Below are positions 31,440-41,117 of a DNA stretch of 64,000 nt, in pieces (positions within the stretch are counted from its first letter, which is position 1; each line of letters begins with the position of its first letter). A model generated the notes under the pieces. The model saw only the letters and a program-made list of their open reading frames with translations. It had not been told where the DNA came from and did not search any database. The translations under genes and the position numbers were made by a program. The stretch is from an uncultured Fibrobacterota bacterium. Its GTDB lineage: Bacteria > Fibrobacterota > Chitinivibrionia > Chitinivibrionales > FEN-1185. The stretch covers positions 218,447 to 282,446 of the forward strand of contig CAVWBU010000027.1 of the NCBI GenBank assembly GCA_963753345.1. The letters run 5' to 3'.

Positions 31440-32392
31440 AGGGATGCCTTGAGCGCGGCGGAAGCAACACCGAGCTGTTCGTCGCTCGGCTGTCTGGTGG
31501 TGATCTTCTGAAGCCACAGCCCCGGCATGATAAGCAACTTTACAGGCAAGAAATGCTGGAACCGGTCGGAGAATCTGAGGACTTCGTAGGAGGACCCTGC
31601 CACAAGGGGCAGAAGCGCCAGGTGAACGCAGAGCCGTGCAAGCACATTTGGGTAGGGGCCTGCGAACGATACGACAATGGTGTCGATAACGGAAAAGAGA
31701 ACAATGCAAATCATCGCGACAAGAAGCAGAAAACTGGTGCCGCAACGCGGATGCAATGTGGAATAACCGCGCATGTTTTCCAATGTCAATTCCTTGCCGT
31801 CCTCGAAGGCGAAGATTGCCTTGTGCTCGGCCCCGTGATATTCGAAAACTCGTCGGATGTCCTTCCAGAGGCTGATAGCAGCCAGATAGGCGAGAAACAG
31901 GGCTATGCGAATGGCGCCGGCGGCACCATTGAACGCCAGGGACGAATCTTTGAAGAATGCCTGCGAAATGAGCATCGGAAGATACATGAACAGACCAAGA
32001 CAGACAACGAGGGCGATAAAAAGACTTGCAAGGAATGCACCCCGGTCAGAAGGTTCGATTTTCTGTCCGCTTTCGCGGCGTTCGCCGGAAGCGATTTGGG
32101 CCGAACGTGCGAGCGCTGCGTATCCGATTTTTAAAGATTCGTAGACACTTATTGCACCCCTCACGATGGGCACTGCGAGGAAGCGATGTCTCTTGAGAAG
32201 CGAAATAAAAGGCAGCCGCTCGATTATTGTTTCGCCGCTGGGATTTTTAACGGCCCATGAGATACGATGCTTACTTCGAATCATTACGCCTTCAATAACG
32301 GCCTGACCGCCGACCCTGGTTTTCTTTGCGACCATTGAGGCAAGTAAATGGGGAAGAAGAGCGGTTGCGAAAAGAAAAGGATTTCTTTTCAT
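31436..32392 (-). CDS. DUF1385-family membrane protein (YqhQ-like)
   Basis: [13 protein letters not shown] and EYHGAEHK motifs. Lies in the usual position upstream of prfA. The start may be the internal ATG at M20. Confidence 0.75.
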   Translation of the reverse strand: MKRNPFLFATALLPHLLASMVAKKTRVGGQAVIEGVMIRSKHRISWAVKNPSGETIIERLPFISLLKRHRFLAVPIVRGAISVYESLKIGYAALARSAQIASGERRESGQKIEPSDRGAFLASLFIALVVCLGLFMYLPMLISQAFFKDSSLAFNGAAGAIRIALFLAYLAAISLWKDIRRVFEYHGAEHKAIFAFEDGKELTLENMRGYSTLHPRCGTSFLLLVAMICIVLFSVIDTIVVSFAGPYPNVLARLCVHLALLPLVAGSSYEVLRFSDRFQHFLPVKLLIMPGLWLQKITTRQPSDEQLGVASAALKASL

Positions 32393-32410
32393 CGTTAACA
32401 GCCTTTGCGG

Positions 32411-32453
32411 TAAAAAGAAACGGGCAGGAAAGGAAAATGCCTTTCTGCCCGTT
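32411..32453 (-). terminator. Intrinsic terminator of rpmE
   Basis: Minus strand reads AAACGGGCAGAAAGG-loop-CCTTTCCTGCCCGTTT followed by CTTTTTA. Confidence 0.75.
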
Positions 32454-32471
32454 TGTACACCATGCGAGGAA

Positions 32472-32684
32472 CTACGATTCCTTTTTTACTCCAGCATACC
32501 TTTTCTGGAACCGTTCAACACGTCCGGCACTGTCGATAAGCTTCTGTTTGCCGGTGTAGAATGGATGACACTTATTGCAAATGTCGATGTGCGTGCTCTT
32601 AATGGTAGATCTTGTTTCAATTATGTTTCCACATGAGCAGGTGAACGTTGCAGGCTCGTACTTTGGATGGATTTTTTCCTTCAC
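32472..32684 (-). CDS. rpmE: 50S ribosomal protein L31
   Basis: GTG start 6 nt after GGAGG. Sequence [25 protein letters not shown]. Confidence 0.9.
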   Translation of the reverse strand: MKEKIHPKYEPATFTCSCGNIIETRSTIKSTHIDICNKCHPFYTGKQKLIDSAGRVERFQKRYAGVKKES

Positions 32685-32935
32685 GTGATTCCTCCGAAAC
32701 AAGGTTCGACTATGCTATTTTGACAATAAAATAGTTCAGGGACTGGGAAGCTGTCAAATAGAGTATTCCGTTCAACACAGTTTCATGGCGAGTGGGGGAA
32801 AAGAGGTTGTGATTTTCGAAATCGTGAACGTTGAAAATGAAGTTCAAATCCTAGATGGCATAGTTTACATAATATATATTATGCGTCATTAGTTATCATT
32901 TTACTTCCTCAGAGCTGTGCCACTCAACATCAACC

Positions 32936-33472
32936 TCAGTATTCAATTCCCCTTCTTGCGACAACGCCAGAGCTGTAATAGTGCCGAATTTCCTTCATTT
33001 CAGTAACCAAATCAGCCATTTTTATAATTGCGGGTGGAGCATTTCGTCCAGTCAAAACAATTTCAACTTCTTTGGGTTTACCCGCAAGGAGCATTTGCAC
33101 CAATCTTATGTCTATAATTTTTAGTGAAATAGCACAGCATAACTCATCAAGAATAACAAGATCATATTTTCCACTGAGAACAGCCTTTCTTGATGCGTCG
33201 AGTCCTTTTGCAGCAAATTCAATATCCTTGCGCGATGGACATTCTTTTACGAAGCGTCCTGACCCGAACTGTCGTACCGTGATGCATCTGCCTAACCTTG
33301 CAAGCGAGCGAAGCTCCGAACATTTGGCGGCCTTGAGAAACTGCGCCATAAAAACCCTCAGACCTCCACCGGCAGCTCTTACTGCCAGACCAATGGCCGC
33401 AGTGGTCTTACCCTTTCCGTTGCCGGTATAAACGTGCACGAATCCCCTTTCCAGTCGCCGCTTCTTCCCCAT
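32936..33472 (-). CDS. cobO: Cob(I)yrinic acid a,c-diamide / cob(I)alamin adenosyltransferase
   Basis: VHVYTGNGKGKTTAAIGLAVRAAG P-loop, DELCCAI, and 178 aa length. Confidence 0.85.
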   Translation of the reverse strand: MGKKRRLERGFVHVYTGNGKGKTTAAIGLAVRAAGGGLRVFMAQFLKAAKCSELRSLARLGRCITVRQFGSGRFVKECPSRKDIEFAAKGLDASRKAVLSGKYDLVILDELCCAISLKIIDIRLVQMLLAGKPKEVEIVLTGRNAPPAIIKMADLVTEMKEIRHYYSSGVVARRGIEY

Positions 33473-33525
33473 TTATTTCCCCATTGTTAATGCAAGTCTT
33501 CCGACCGCCCGCGCCATGCCCCAGA

Positions 33526-34662
33526 TTATCCGCTCGTCTTTCTGATCCGCTTCACGACTCTTTCCAGAATGTCAACGGCGGTCCGAACCTCATCAGCCGT
33601 ATTTTCTCTTCCCAGCGAGAATCGCACGGCGCACACGGCGTCTGCCTTCCTTCTACCGATGGCCAACAGTGTCCGTGACGCGCTTATCGAACCTGACGAA
33701 CAAGCGGCTCCGCCCGAAGCGCAGATTCCTTCCTGGTCAAGCGAGCCCAGCAGCGATTCTGTTTCAGCTCCCGGAATGCAGAGATTGAGCGTGCCCGGAA
33801 TTCTCTTGTCAGAATGACCATTTCGCAATACGTTCTCGATTTTTCCCGTGATTTCCCGGAACATCAGTTCCGTGAGATCGAAGAGTCTTTTTGCCTCTGA
33901 TTCCATTGTCTGGTGCGAAATCTCAGCTGCCTGGACGAATCCGAGGATAGCAGGAAGATTTTCGGTACCTGTTCGTAGGTGACGCTCCTGGCTCCCGCCG
34001 AATGTTCTCGGATTGATGGTTGTTCCCTGCCGAATAAACAATGCGCCGCACCCTTTTGGCCCATAGATTTTATGCGATGAAATGGACATGAGCGAAACAA
34101 GACTTTTCCGCATGTCCAGCGGCACTTTTCCGAACGCCTGTACTGCATCGCTATGGAAAACAATCTTTCGCTCATTCAGAACAGCACCAATTTCCGATAT
34201 TGGCTGGATGGTTCCGATTTCATTGTTCGCATACATGACAGAGACCAGCCGCGTATCCGCGGTCAGCCGCTTTACAAGCTCAGCCTGTTCAATCACTCCA
34301 TCACTTCCAACAGGAATTTCCCTTACAACGAAACCATGAGGCGCAAGGGAATGCGCGGCATCATGCACTGCCGGATGCTCAATCGATGAGATAAGTACTT
34401 CTCCGCTTTTGTGGCGTTCAATTGCTCCGAGGATTGCAAGATTGTCTGCCTCAGTGCCGCCCGATGTGAAGAAAATCTCCTTTGCGGATGCGCCAATGAG
34501 CGCGGCCAGCCGTTCGCGCGCCTGTTCGAGCAGCGCAAACGCCTTTCTGCCCATTGCATGGGTTGATGATGCATTTCCCCAATATTCCTGCATTGCTTTA
34601 CGGACAACGTCCTGAACCTCGGGAAGGATCGGCGTTGTGGCGTTGTGATCGAGATAAATCAT
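33526..34662 (-). CDS. NifS/IscS-type cysteine desulfurase (class V aminotransferase)
   Basis: Start at ATG 34662 (MIYLDHNATTP). PLP lysine context SSHKIYGPKGCGALF. Catalytic-Cys loop SGGAACSSGS. Confidence 0.85.
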   Translation of the reverse strand: MIYLDHNATTPILPEVQDVVRKAMQEYWGNASSTHAMGRKAFALLEQARERLAALIGASAKEIFFTSGGTEADNLAILGAIERHKSGEVLISSIEHPAVHDAAHSLAPHGFVVREIPVGSDGVIEQAELVKRLTADTRLVSVMYANNEIGTIQPISEIGAVLNERKIVFHSDAVQAFGKVPLDMRKSLVSLMSISSHKIYGPKGCGALFIRQGTTINPRTFGGSQERHLRTGTENLPAILGFVQAAEISHQTMESEAKRLFDLTELMFREITGKIENVLRNGHSDKRIPGTLNLCIPGAETESLLGSLDQEGICASGGAACSSGSISASRTLLAIGRRKADAVCAVRFSLGRENTADEVRTAVDILERVVKRIRKTSG

Positions 34663-34704
34663 GAGGGGAAAATAGCAGTTGGGATTGCAGAAACAGCGCA
34701 AAAA

Positions 34705-35700
34705 CTAGTCCAGACTTATTCCACGCGCCTTCCTGACAAACAGTAACCACAGGAAAAACGGTCCACCGAGCATTGCCGTGATGACGCCGACGGGCATTTC
34801 GGCAGGGGCAACCACGACCCTTGCAACCGTGTCGCACAAAACCAGAAAAATGCCGCCCGCCAGAAATGAGGCGGGGCCGAGAATAATGTGCCTTGCCCGA
34901 AACAGCATTCTGCAAATGTGCGGAATAATGAGGCCCACAAACCCAATGGGGCCGCACACGGCCACGATGCTTCCCACAATGAGTGTTGCGGCAAGGAGAA
35001 GCAGGTTCTTGGTTCCGGCAACGGCCACGCCCCTGCTTGCCGCCAGATCATCGCCGGTGAGCAGGTGATCCAGTTCGGGAAGTTTGACGGCCAGAAGAGC
35101 AATGCCGGTTCCGGCAAACACCAGCATGGTGAGGACCTGCCTGTACCCGAACACTTCGATGCCGCCCATCAGCCACCGCACAATCTGAAAGGAATCCCGG
35201 AGCGAACTCAGGTATTGCATGAACATGAGCACGCTGGAGAAAAGGAAGCTGATTGCAATACCGGCAAGGAGCATGGTAAGGCTTGTAGTCGTGCGCAGCA
35301 TATTTGACAAGAGGTACACGCATGCGATGGAGGCCGCCGCACCGGCGAATGCCCCCAGGGATATTAATGGAATCCCTGCGATCGCGCCTGAAAGTCCCAG
35401 GAGGATGGTTGCGGCGGCCCCGCAGGATGCGCCGCTTGATATCCCGAGCGTGAAAGGATCTGCAAGCGCATTGCGGAACATTGCCTGAAACATCATGCCG
35501 CACAGGGCAAGGCCCGAACCGGCTATGAATGCCGCCAGGACCCGTGGAACCCTCAGCGTCCAGAAAACGGTTGCCTGCAAATTCTTTCCAAAGACGTCTG
35601 CAGGCGAGATAAACTCCATGCCTGCAAAAGGGGCAGCCGCCACCACGGCAATTGCAAGAATGAAAAGCAGCGCGATAGAAGCGGCGCCTGATTTACCCAT
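34705..35700 (-). CDS. FecCD-family ABC permease (BtuC-like)
   Basis: 331 aa, about 9 TM segments, typical FecCD sequence (LRVPRVLAAFIAGSGLALCG..TGDDLAASRG). Confidence 0.85.
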   Translation of the reverse strand: MGKSGAASIALLFILAIAVVAAAPFAGMEFISPADVFGKNLQATVFWTLRVPRVLAAFIAGSGLALCGMMFQAMFRNALADPFTLGISSGASCGAAATILLGLSGAIAGIPLISLGAFAGAAASIACVYLLSNMLRTTTSLTMLLAGIAISFLFSSVLMFMQYLSSLRDSFQIVRWLMGGIEVFGYRQVLTMLVFAGTGIALLAVKLPELDHLLTGDDLAASRGVAVAGTKNLLLLAATLIVGSIVAVCGPIGFVGLIIPHICRMLFRARHIILGPASFLAGGIFLVLCDTVARVVVAPAEMPVGVITAMLGGPFFLWLLFVRKARGISLD

Positions 35701-36497
35701 CAGTCAACCTCGCTTGAAATCATGACCGAACGGCCGGAATTTTCCACCGTTGCCCGTGCGAAGGTAACATTGAAAATTTCATCGAGCAGGTGCGGGCAGC
35801 GATTCCGGAAATCCGAAACCGGTCCGGCATAGAAAACCTTTCCTTCAACCAGCGCCAACACATTGGAAAACCCCGTCATTGCAGCATTGACATCGTGCGT
35901 TATGGTAAGTATGGCAGTTCCATGTTCATCGTGAATCCGCGACAGGCTTTTTGCAACGAGTTGCTGATGCTGTGGGTCGAGAAACGTGGCCGGCTCATCC
36001 AGAAGCAGGATTCTTCCTTGCTGCGCCACTGCTCCGGCGAGAAATACCCTTTGCAATTCGCCGCCCGACAGCGTGGTGAGAAGACGGTCGCGCAAGTCCT
36101 GAACATCGGCAAGATCCAGCGCCGCTGAAACGATTCGAATGTCCTCGGAAGTGGGAATCGCCATGAATCCCTGGTACGGAAAACGGCCGAGCATGACGAA
36201 CTCTTTTGCCGTGTATGCCGGAACGCCGCGGCTTGCCGCCTGCGGAACGTATGAAATTATTCTGGCCCGTTCCCGTGGTTTGATCTGCCCCGCATCTTCG
36301 CCGTTTATGAGCACGGTCCCGCGAGGGACCGGCAGAAGACCGGCAAGGCATTTCACCAGCGTCGACTTGCCCGTGCCGTTTTTGCCGATAACAGACCAGG
36401 TGTCGCCGTTGGCAATGGAAAACGAAACGTCTGAAAGAACCGTTTTTTCTCCGTACGAAAACGACAGATTGCGAATATCAATAAGTGATGGGCTCAT
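35700..36497 (-). CDS. ABC transporter ATP-binding protein (BtuD/FecE-like)
   Basis: ATG 36497 overlaps the upstream stop (ATGA). Walker A GKNGTGKST, signature LSGGELQR, Walker B ILLLDEP. Confidence 0.85.
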   Translation of the reverse strand: MSPSLIDIRNLSFSYGEKTVLSDVSFSIANGDTWSVIGKNGTGKSTLVKCLAGLLPVPRGTVLINGEDAGQIKPRERARIISYVPQAASRGVPAYTAKEFVMLGRFPYQGFMAIPTSEDIRIVSAALDLADVQDLRDRLLTTLSGGELQRVFLAGAVAQQGRILLLDEPATFLDPQHQQLVAKSLSRIHDEHGTAILTITHDVNAAMTGFSNVLALVEGKVFYAGPVSDFRNRCPHLLDEIFNVTFARATVENSGRSVMISSEVD

Positions 36498-37408
36498 CGG
36501 AAGCTCCGCGCCCGGTACGCTGCCAGGGTTTTCTTGATGCATTCCACAATCAGGCCGATACGCGGTCCGGGAATCGTCATGAAGTCGTCGCTTGGGCAGA
36601 ACACAAGGCCGTTCTTCACCGCCGGGACTATGGTGAGGTTCTTCCAGTCTTCTTTCGCGGCGTCCGGTGCCAGGGCCGAGGCTGAACTCATGAGATCGAT
36701 AACAATGTCCGGGGCAAGGCGGATGATTCCCTCTGCCGAGATAGAAGGGTACACAAATGACGAATCGGAATACGCATTAGTTCCGCCGGCATATCGTATG
36801 AGGGAGTTGTAGAAGCTTTTTGGCCCCGCCGCATAGACCTTTGCTATCGCGCCAGCGCCCGGGTTGTCCCTGCCGATGCAGAGAAGAATGCGCGGACGGT
36901 TCTTTTCCGCCACGGTGTCGGACATCGCGGATCGAATTGCCGCTGCCATTGAATCGGCCTCTCTTGTCCTGCCGAAAAGTGCGCCGATTATCCTGAACGA
37001 TGCCAGAATCGCGTCGAGGTCCTCGTTGTCAACCACCTTCATGCCGATGCCGTTCTTCTGCAGGAATACGGAAAGGGACGAATGCTCCTTAAGCAAAAAT
37101 ACCATGTCCGGCTTCAGCGAAAGAATCATCTCGAAATTGGGGTCGGTGTACCCGCCGACGCGAGGGAGGTTCCTCACTTGCGGCGGATAGTTGCAGTATC
37201 GCGTGACCCCCACTACCCTGTCGCCCACCCCAAGCGCAAAAAGCGTTTCGGTGATGCTCGGCGCAAAGGAGATAACGCGCTTCGGCGTTGCGGAAGAAGA
37301 GCGTTTTTCAAGACCTCGGCCGCATCCGCCTGCGATTGCAATCAGGATGATGCCAATGCCCGCCAGCAAGGTTTGCAGGATTCGAGAATCTCCCCTATTG
37401 AGATACAT
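36494..37408 (-). CDS. Periplasmic substrate-binding protein, class III (BtuF/FhuD-like)
   Basis: Signal/lipobox IAGGC. RVISFAPSITETLFALG motif typical of this family. Confidence 0.8.
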   Translation of the reverse strand: MYLNRGDSRILQTLLAGIGIILIAIAGGCGRGLEKRSSSATPKRVISFAPSITETLFALGVGDRVVGVTRYCNYPPQVRNLPRVGGYTDPNFEMILSLKPDMVFLLKEHSSLSVFLQKNGIGMKVVDNEDLDAILASFRIIGALFGRTREADSMAAAIRSAMSDTVAEKNRPRILLCIGRDNPGAGAIAKVYAAGPKSFYNSLIRYAGGTNAYSDSSFVYPSISAEGIIRLAPDIVIDLMSSASALAPDAAKEDWKNLTIVPAVKNGLVFCPSDDFMTIPGPRIGLIVECIKKTLAAYRARSFR

Positions 37409-37433
37409 TCATCATCCTTGTGTCTGCGCAATC

Positions 37434-38555
37434 CTAGTTCGACGTTTGCAGCAATGCCAAGGAATTTGGCGGCAATCCTACGTTCTTGGTTGTACCGATT
37501 TTCGTATCCGTCACTGGATCGATGACAACTATTCCTGGATTTGTATTGCTTCGGTCTCCCACATATACATAGGTGCCGTCAAATGCCATGTGCCCGCTGC
37601 ATGGCGCGTCGATGCCGGCGATTTTAGCGCCCACTGTTTTTGCCTGGGGATTAAAGGAGTACAATGATGGTGCGAAGGTGGTCAGGTCCGAAATGACCGC
37701 GTATCCCTTTGTGTCGCTCACCACGATAATTGATGCTATGTCGCCTGAAAATGCCGATTCGGCAACCACCGACCCGGCATTCACCTCTGTCGCCAGATCG
37801 ATTTGCTCGATACCTGCATCGCTCATGCCCCATATTCCCACGCTGGCGACATAGAGCTTTCCATTGAAAATGGACAACTCCTGCGGATTTTTGTATAGCA
37901 GATTGATGGCCTTTTCCACGCTGTCGTTTGTCGCATTGATCACGACGATTTTGCTCGTATCGGCCGCCTGAATATATCCACCGGCTGGCGCCTTGAGCCG
38001 CTGACAGGCAATATAAACCTTGCCGTTGTAATACAACTCTTTTCCCATGTACGGAAGAACGTCGGCACTGTCGGTTCCGGCATAGGTGTCAAAAGCGGAC
38101 AGATCAATTGTTCTGCTTAGTCGTAACCCTGTTCGCGGATCAACAATGGCCACGTTGGAACTGGCGTACTGGGTGACATAGGCTTTTGTCGGGCTGACAA
38201 GAGCTATGTCCTGTATGTTGACGGCTGCGCCGATATTCTTTTCGTAGGCCACGGTTGATTCCGTAATAATTGATCCGTTGATTTTGAGCAGATTGTCTTT
38301 TCCGGAACGTTCAAGGACATAGATGGCCCCGTCATTCGTCCGTATATCATTGTCGGTCCAGATCGAAAGCAGGTTCTTGTAGGCAACGGTGTCCGAAATA
38401 CTGTAGAGGCCCATGTTGCCCGCATCGTAGGCATACGACAAACTCACCGCTACAATTGACTTGGCCGACGTGGTTTGCAATACCGGATTGCTCTTTGGAG
38501 AACAGCCGGCCAGGCAGATGAAGAGGACGCTTGATACTGCAAGAACCTTTTCCAT
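37434..38555 (-). CDS. Beta-propeller surface lipoprotein (YncE-like; possible BtuG analogue)
   Basis: Lipobox LAGC. Repeated blade-like units (..KAYVTQYASSNVAIVDPRTG.., ..GKLYVASVG.., ..GTYVYVGDRS..GIVVIDPVT..). Lies between the TonB receptor and the binding protein. Confidence 0.55.
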   Translation of the reverse strand: MEKVLAVSSVLFICLAGCSPKSNPVLQTTSAKSIVAVSLSYAYDAGNMGLYSISDTVAYKNLLSIWTDNDIRTNDGAIYVLERSGKDNLLKINGSIITESTVAYEKNIGAAVNIQDIALVSPTKAYVTQYASSNVAIVDPRTGLRLSRTIDLSAFDTYAGTDSADVLPYMGKELYYNGKVYIACQRLKAPAGGYIQAADTSKIVVINATNDSVEKAINLLYKNPQELSIFNGKLYVASVGIWGMSDAGIEQIDLATEVNAGSVVAESAFSGDIASIIVVSDTKGYAVISDLTTFAPSLYSFNPQAKTVGAKIAGIDAPCSGHMAFDGTYVYVGDRSNTNPGIVVIDPVTDTKIGTTKNVGLPPNSLALLQTSN

Positions 38556-38687
38556 TGAATATCTCCTTGCGTGAGGGTTGATTGTTCACGAGCGTCAGTA
38601 TAAAATCGGTATTCTTGATGGGGCGTTAGCATACGAGTAAACGGGTCATGATAGATTCTAAGGCATGACCTTGTGGCGTTACCTCCT

Positions 38688-40803
38688 TCAGAACTTGCAT
38701 TTCAAGACGACATACTGAGAAAGGCCGGGCAGCGGCCTTTGAAAATCGTAATCCTTAACGTTAAGGTAATTTTCGATCCTGTAGGAAAGGTCGAAATGCT
38801 CCCCTATCGTACAACCGATGCTCGCATTCAATTGAGGCCTGGGTTGCTGTATGGGCGGCAGGTTGTCAAAGTTGGTAAAATAGCTGGAGACGAGTCGGGC
38901 CGAATGACCTGCATACCAATTCCTGTACATGAATTTGATGTTGAGATTATCCGTGAATCGCGGCTGCAGCGGTTCGTCCTTCCCATTCCATGATGAAAAC
39001 GTGTCGGAATGCATAATATTTTCCATGTAGGTCATCGAATTGACGACCGACAACCATGGAAACGGGCTCAGGGTGGCGTCGTTTTCCAGCCCCCACGCAT
39101 TGACATCGGACACATTCGTCGGCGTAAACATGGTTGAATGCCCTATGTAAACTATTTTGTCTTTTGTTGTGCTCGCGAATACAGCTCCGGATACGGCGAT
39201 CCATGATTTAACAAAAGAGAACCCCAGGTCGCCTTCCAGCCGGGTCTCGGGACGGAGGGCCGGATTACTTGTTATATGCGCTCCTTCTGAATACTTTTCG
39301 GAAAATCCCGGACTTCGACTACTGTATTGAATACTCGCCAAAATGCCAAGACAATCAAACGGCTGGTAACGTAATTCGGAAAAACCACCGGGAAACCCTT
39401 TCTTTGTTAACCCGCCCCCCGACACCGGGCCAACCAAAGTCATGCTGTCGTTTGTTGAATCAATCTCGTATCGGTAAAGACCGCAAAGTCGTGCCGTTAC
39501 CTCCTTGCAAAAATAGACCTTAGCCTCCATCCCCACCTTCCCGGTAAGGCGGAAATAATGCGGTTGTACTTGCCCCGCTGGCGACAGGAGATTGTCGTCG
39601 TCAAACCCGTCATAGCTCGCGTCAAGGATTCCCTTAAGGAGCAGATGATTTCCGATGCCGTCTTGAAGTATGCCTTCCAATGATCCGTACGGTTGATTGA
39701 AATTGTGCAAGTCGGGCGTCGTGAGATAATATTTTTGGAACCTCCGGAATCCCTCATCCCGGGTTTGCCCTGCTGCCGTTACGGTCATGGAAATGTTTTG
39801 AGCAAGCGCCGCAGAATATGATTCCAGCAATGAAACTCTGCTTTCCCTCACCGTTCCGTCGTTGAGACCCGCCGTTGGGAAGTAATAGATGCCTTCATCC
39901 GTAATGAGCATCGAAAATTGCGAAGTAAGTTTGCTGCGGTTGTCAATCTTGAACGTGTTTTCGTACATTGAAGACAATGTCGAAAAGAAGTTGTTATCCA
40001 TGGTTTTCTGAGAATCATCGGTTGCCACGCTCGGCCCAAGCGTCACAACGCGGTCGGTATACGGATAATTATTGTCCGCCCACCCGTAATTTATGGAAAA
40101 GCGATGGGTCATCCGACCCGAAGTTTTGCTGACTATTGCATTGCCTTCGCGATACCCGAATGAACCGACTTCCAGGGAGGCGGCCGTTGCATCGCCGGCG
40201 CCGTCCGAGGTGAGATTAATGACCCCTGCGGCATTGGCTCCGAAAATCTCAATGGGTGGGGTGGTTTTGTAAATGGTGATGCTTTGCAAGGCGGAAATCG
40301 GAATCTTTGAGATATCAACCGCATTCCCGGTTGAACCATTTAAGGGTATTCCGTCAAGATAGACCTGCACCTGACTCGGCGAGCTGCCCCGGATCGACAC
40401 GTCTGAATAATGGCCGAAACCGCCTCTGTCGCAGATGAACACGCCGGAAACGGTTTCGAGCACCGATTGCAAGTCTACGTATTTGCCCGAAAAGTCCTTT
40501 GCATCCACGATCACTGTTGAAGGGGTATACTCCCTGATACTCTTGCCGGTAACAACCATTTTGTCAATGACGACGCCGGAATCGGAAGTCCGTGCCGGTC
40601 TCGGGATACTGTGGCTTGGAATTGGAGGGCTTAGCATCTTTCGGCGGGGAATTTATCGTGTTGGCGTCGGGATTTGAAATCGAACCCGGAGATTGTGCAG
40701 GCTGGGCAACACCAGTGCTATCCGTTCCCATGGTCAGCGAATCGGATTTCGCTTCCGCAAATACACAAGAGCACAAGCAAATCAACACGAATAGGATGCG
40801 CAC
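38688..40803 (-). pseudogene. TonB-dependent receptor (BtuB-like) with signal peptide and plug/barrel in different frames
   Basis: The barrel ORF 38688..40637 ends in ..YVVLKCKF and begins at the TonB-box-like DSGVVIDKMVVTG, but its frame is closed by TAA at 40653-40655. The signal peptide (V)RILFVLICLCSCVFAEA and a P/S/T/Q linker are in another frame (GTG 40803 to stop 40564). Confidence 0.65.
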
Positions 40804-40892
40804 AGATCGGAATTCCTTGACCCCATCCCTCGGGGATCGTCGGTACAAACGCGAAAATGAATGTTCAGGTAGGTCTCCTGGCTTCCCCAAAG

Positions 40893-41032
40893 ATCATGCC
40901 GGCCTTCCCATTCCGCTTTCGGAACAGTGGCTGAGGCTACATTGCCCTTTGCTTTTCGCAACGGGCCGGGGTCACAGTGGCGGGTCCGCTCCCGATTTTA
41001 ACGGGATTCCCTTGGCACCTGGACATGAGAAA
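40893..41032 (-). promoter_or_regulatory. Cobalamin (B12) riboswitch
   Basis: Minus strand reads GGTGCCAAGGGAATCCCGTTAAAATCGGGAGCGGACCCGCCACTGTGA ... AGCCACTG ... GGGAAGGCCGG. This covers the conserved core and the B12 box, directly upstream of the receptor. Confidence 0.9.
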
Positions 41033-41117
41033 GAACTGCAATAGAATTTAATAAAGATTCGGTGAAGAGGCAAGGAAAAACAGCTGGAAATACCCGGTCA
41101 ACGAGTCTTCCCCGTCA

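Noticed and set aside
32878-32895. AT-only palindrome ATAATATATATTAT downstream of cobO
   Set aside because: It is short, low-complexity and expected by chance in an AT-rich spacer. There is no adjacent gene start it could regulate.
41033-41117. tRNA gene, att site or integrase marking the left island boundary
   Set aside because: No cloverleaf-like sequence (no GTTCGAATC-type T-arm) and no recombinase ORF are seen. The boundary mechanism is left open.
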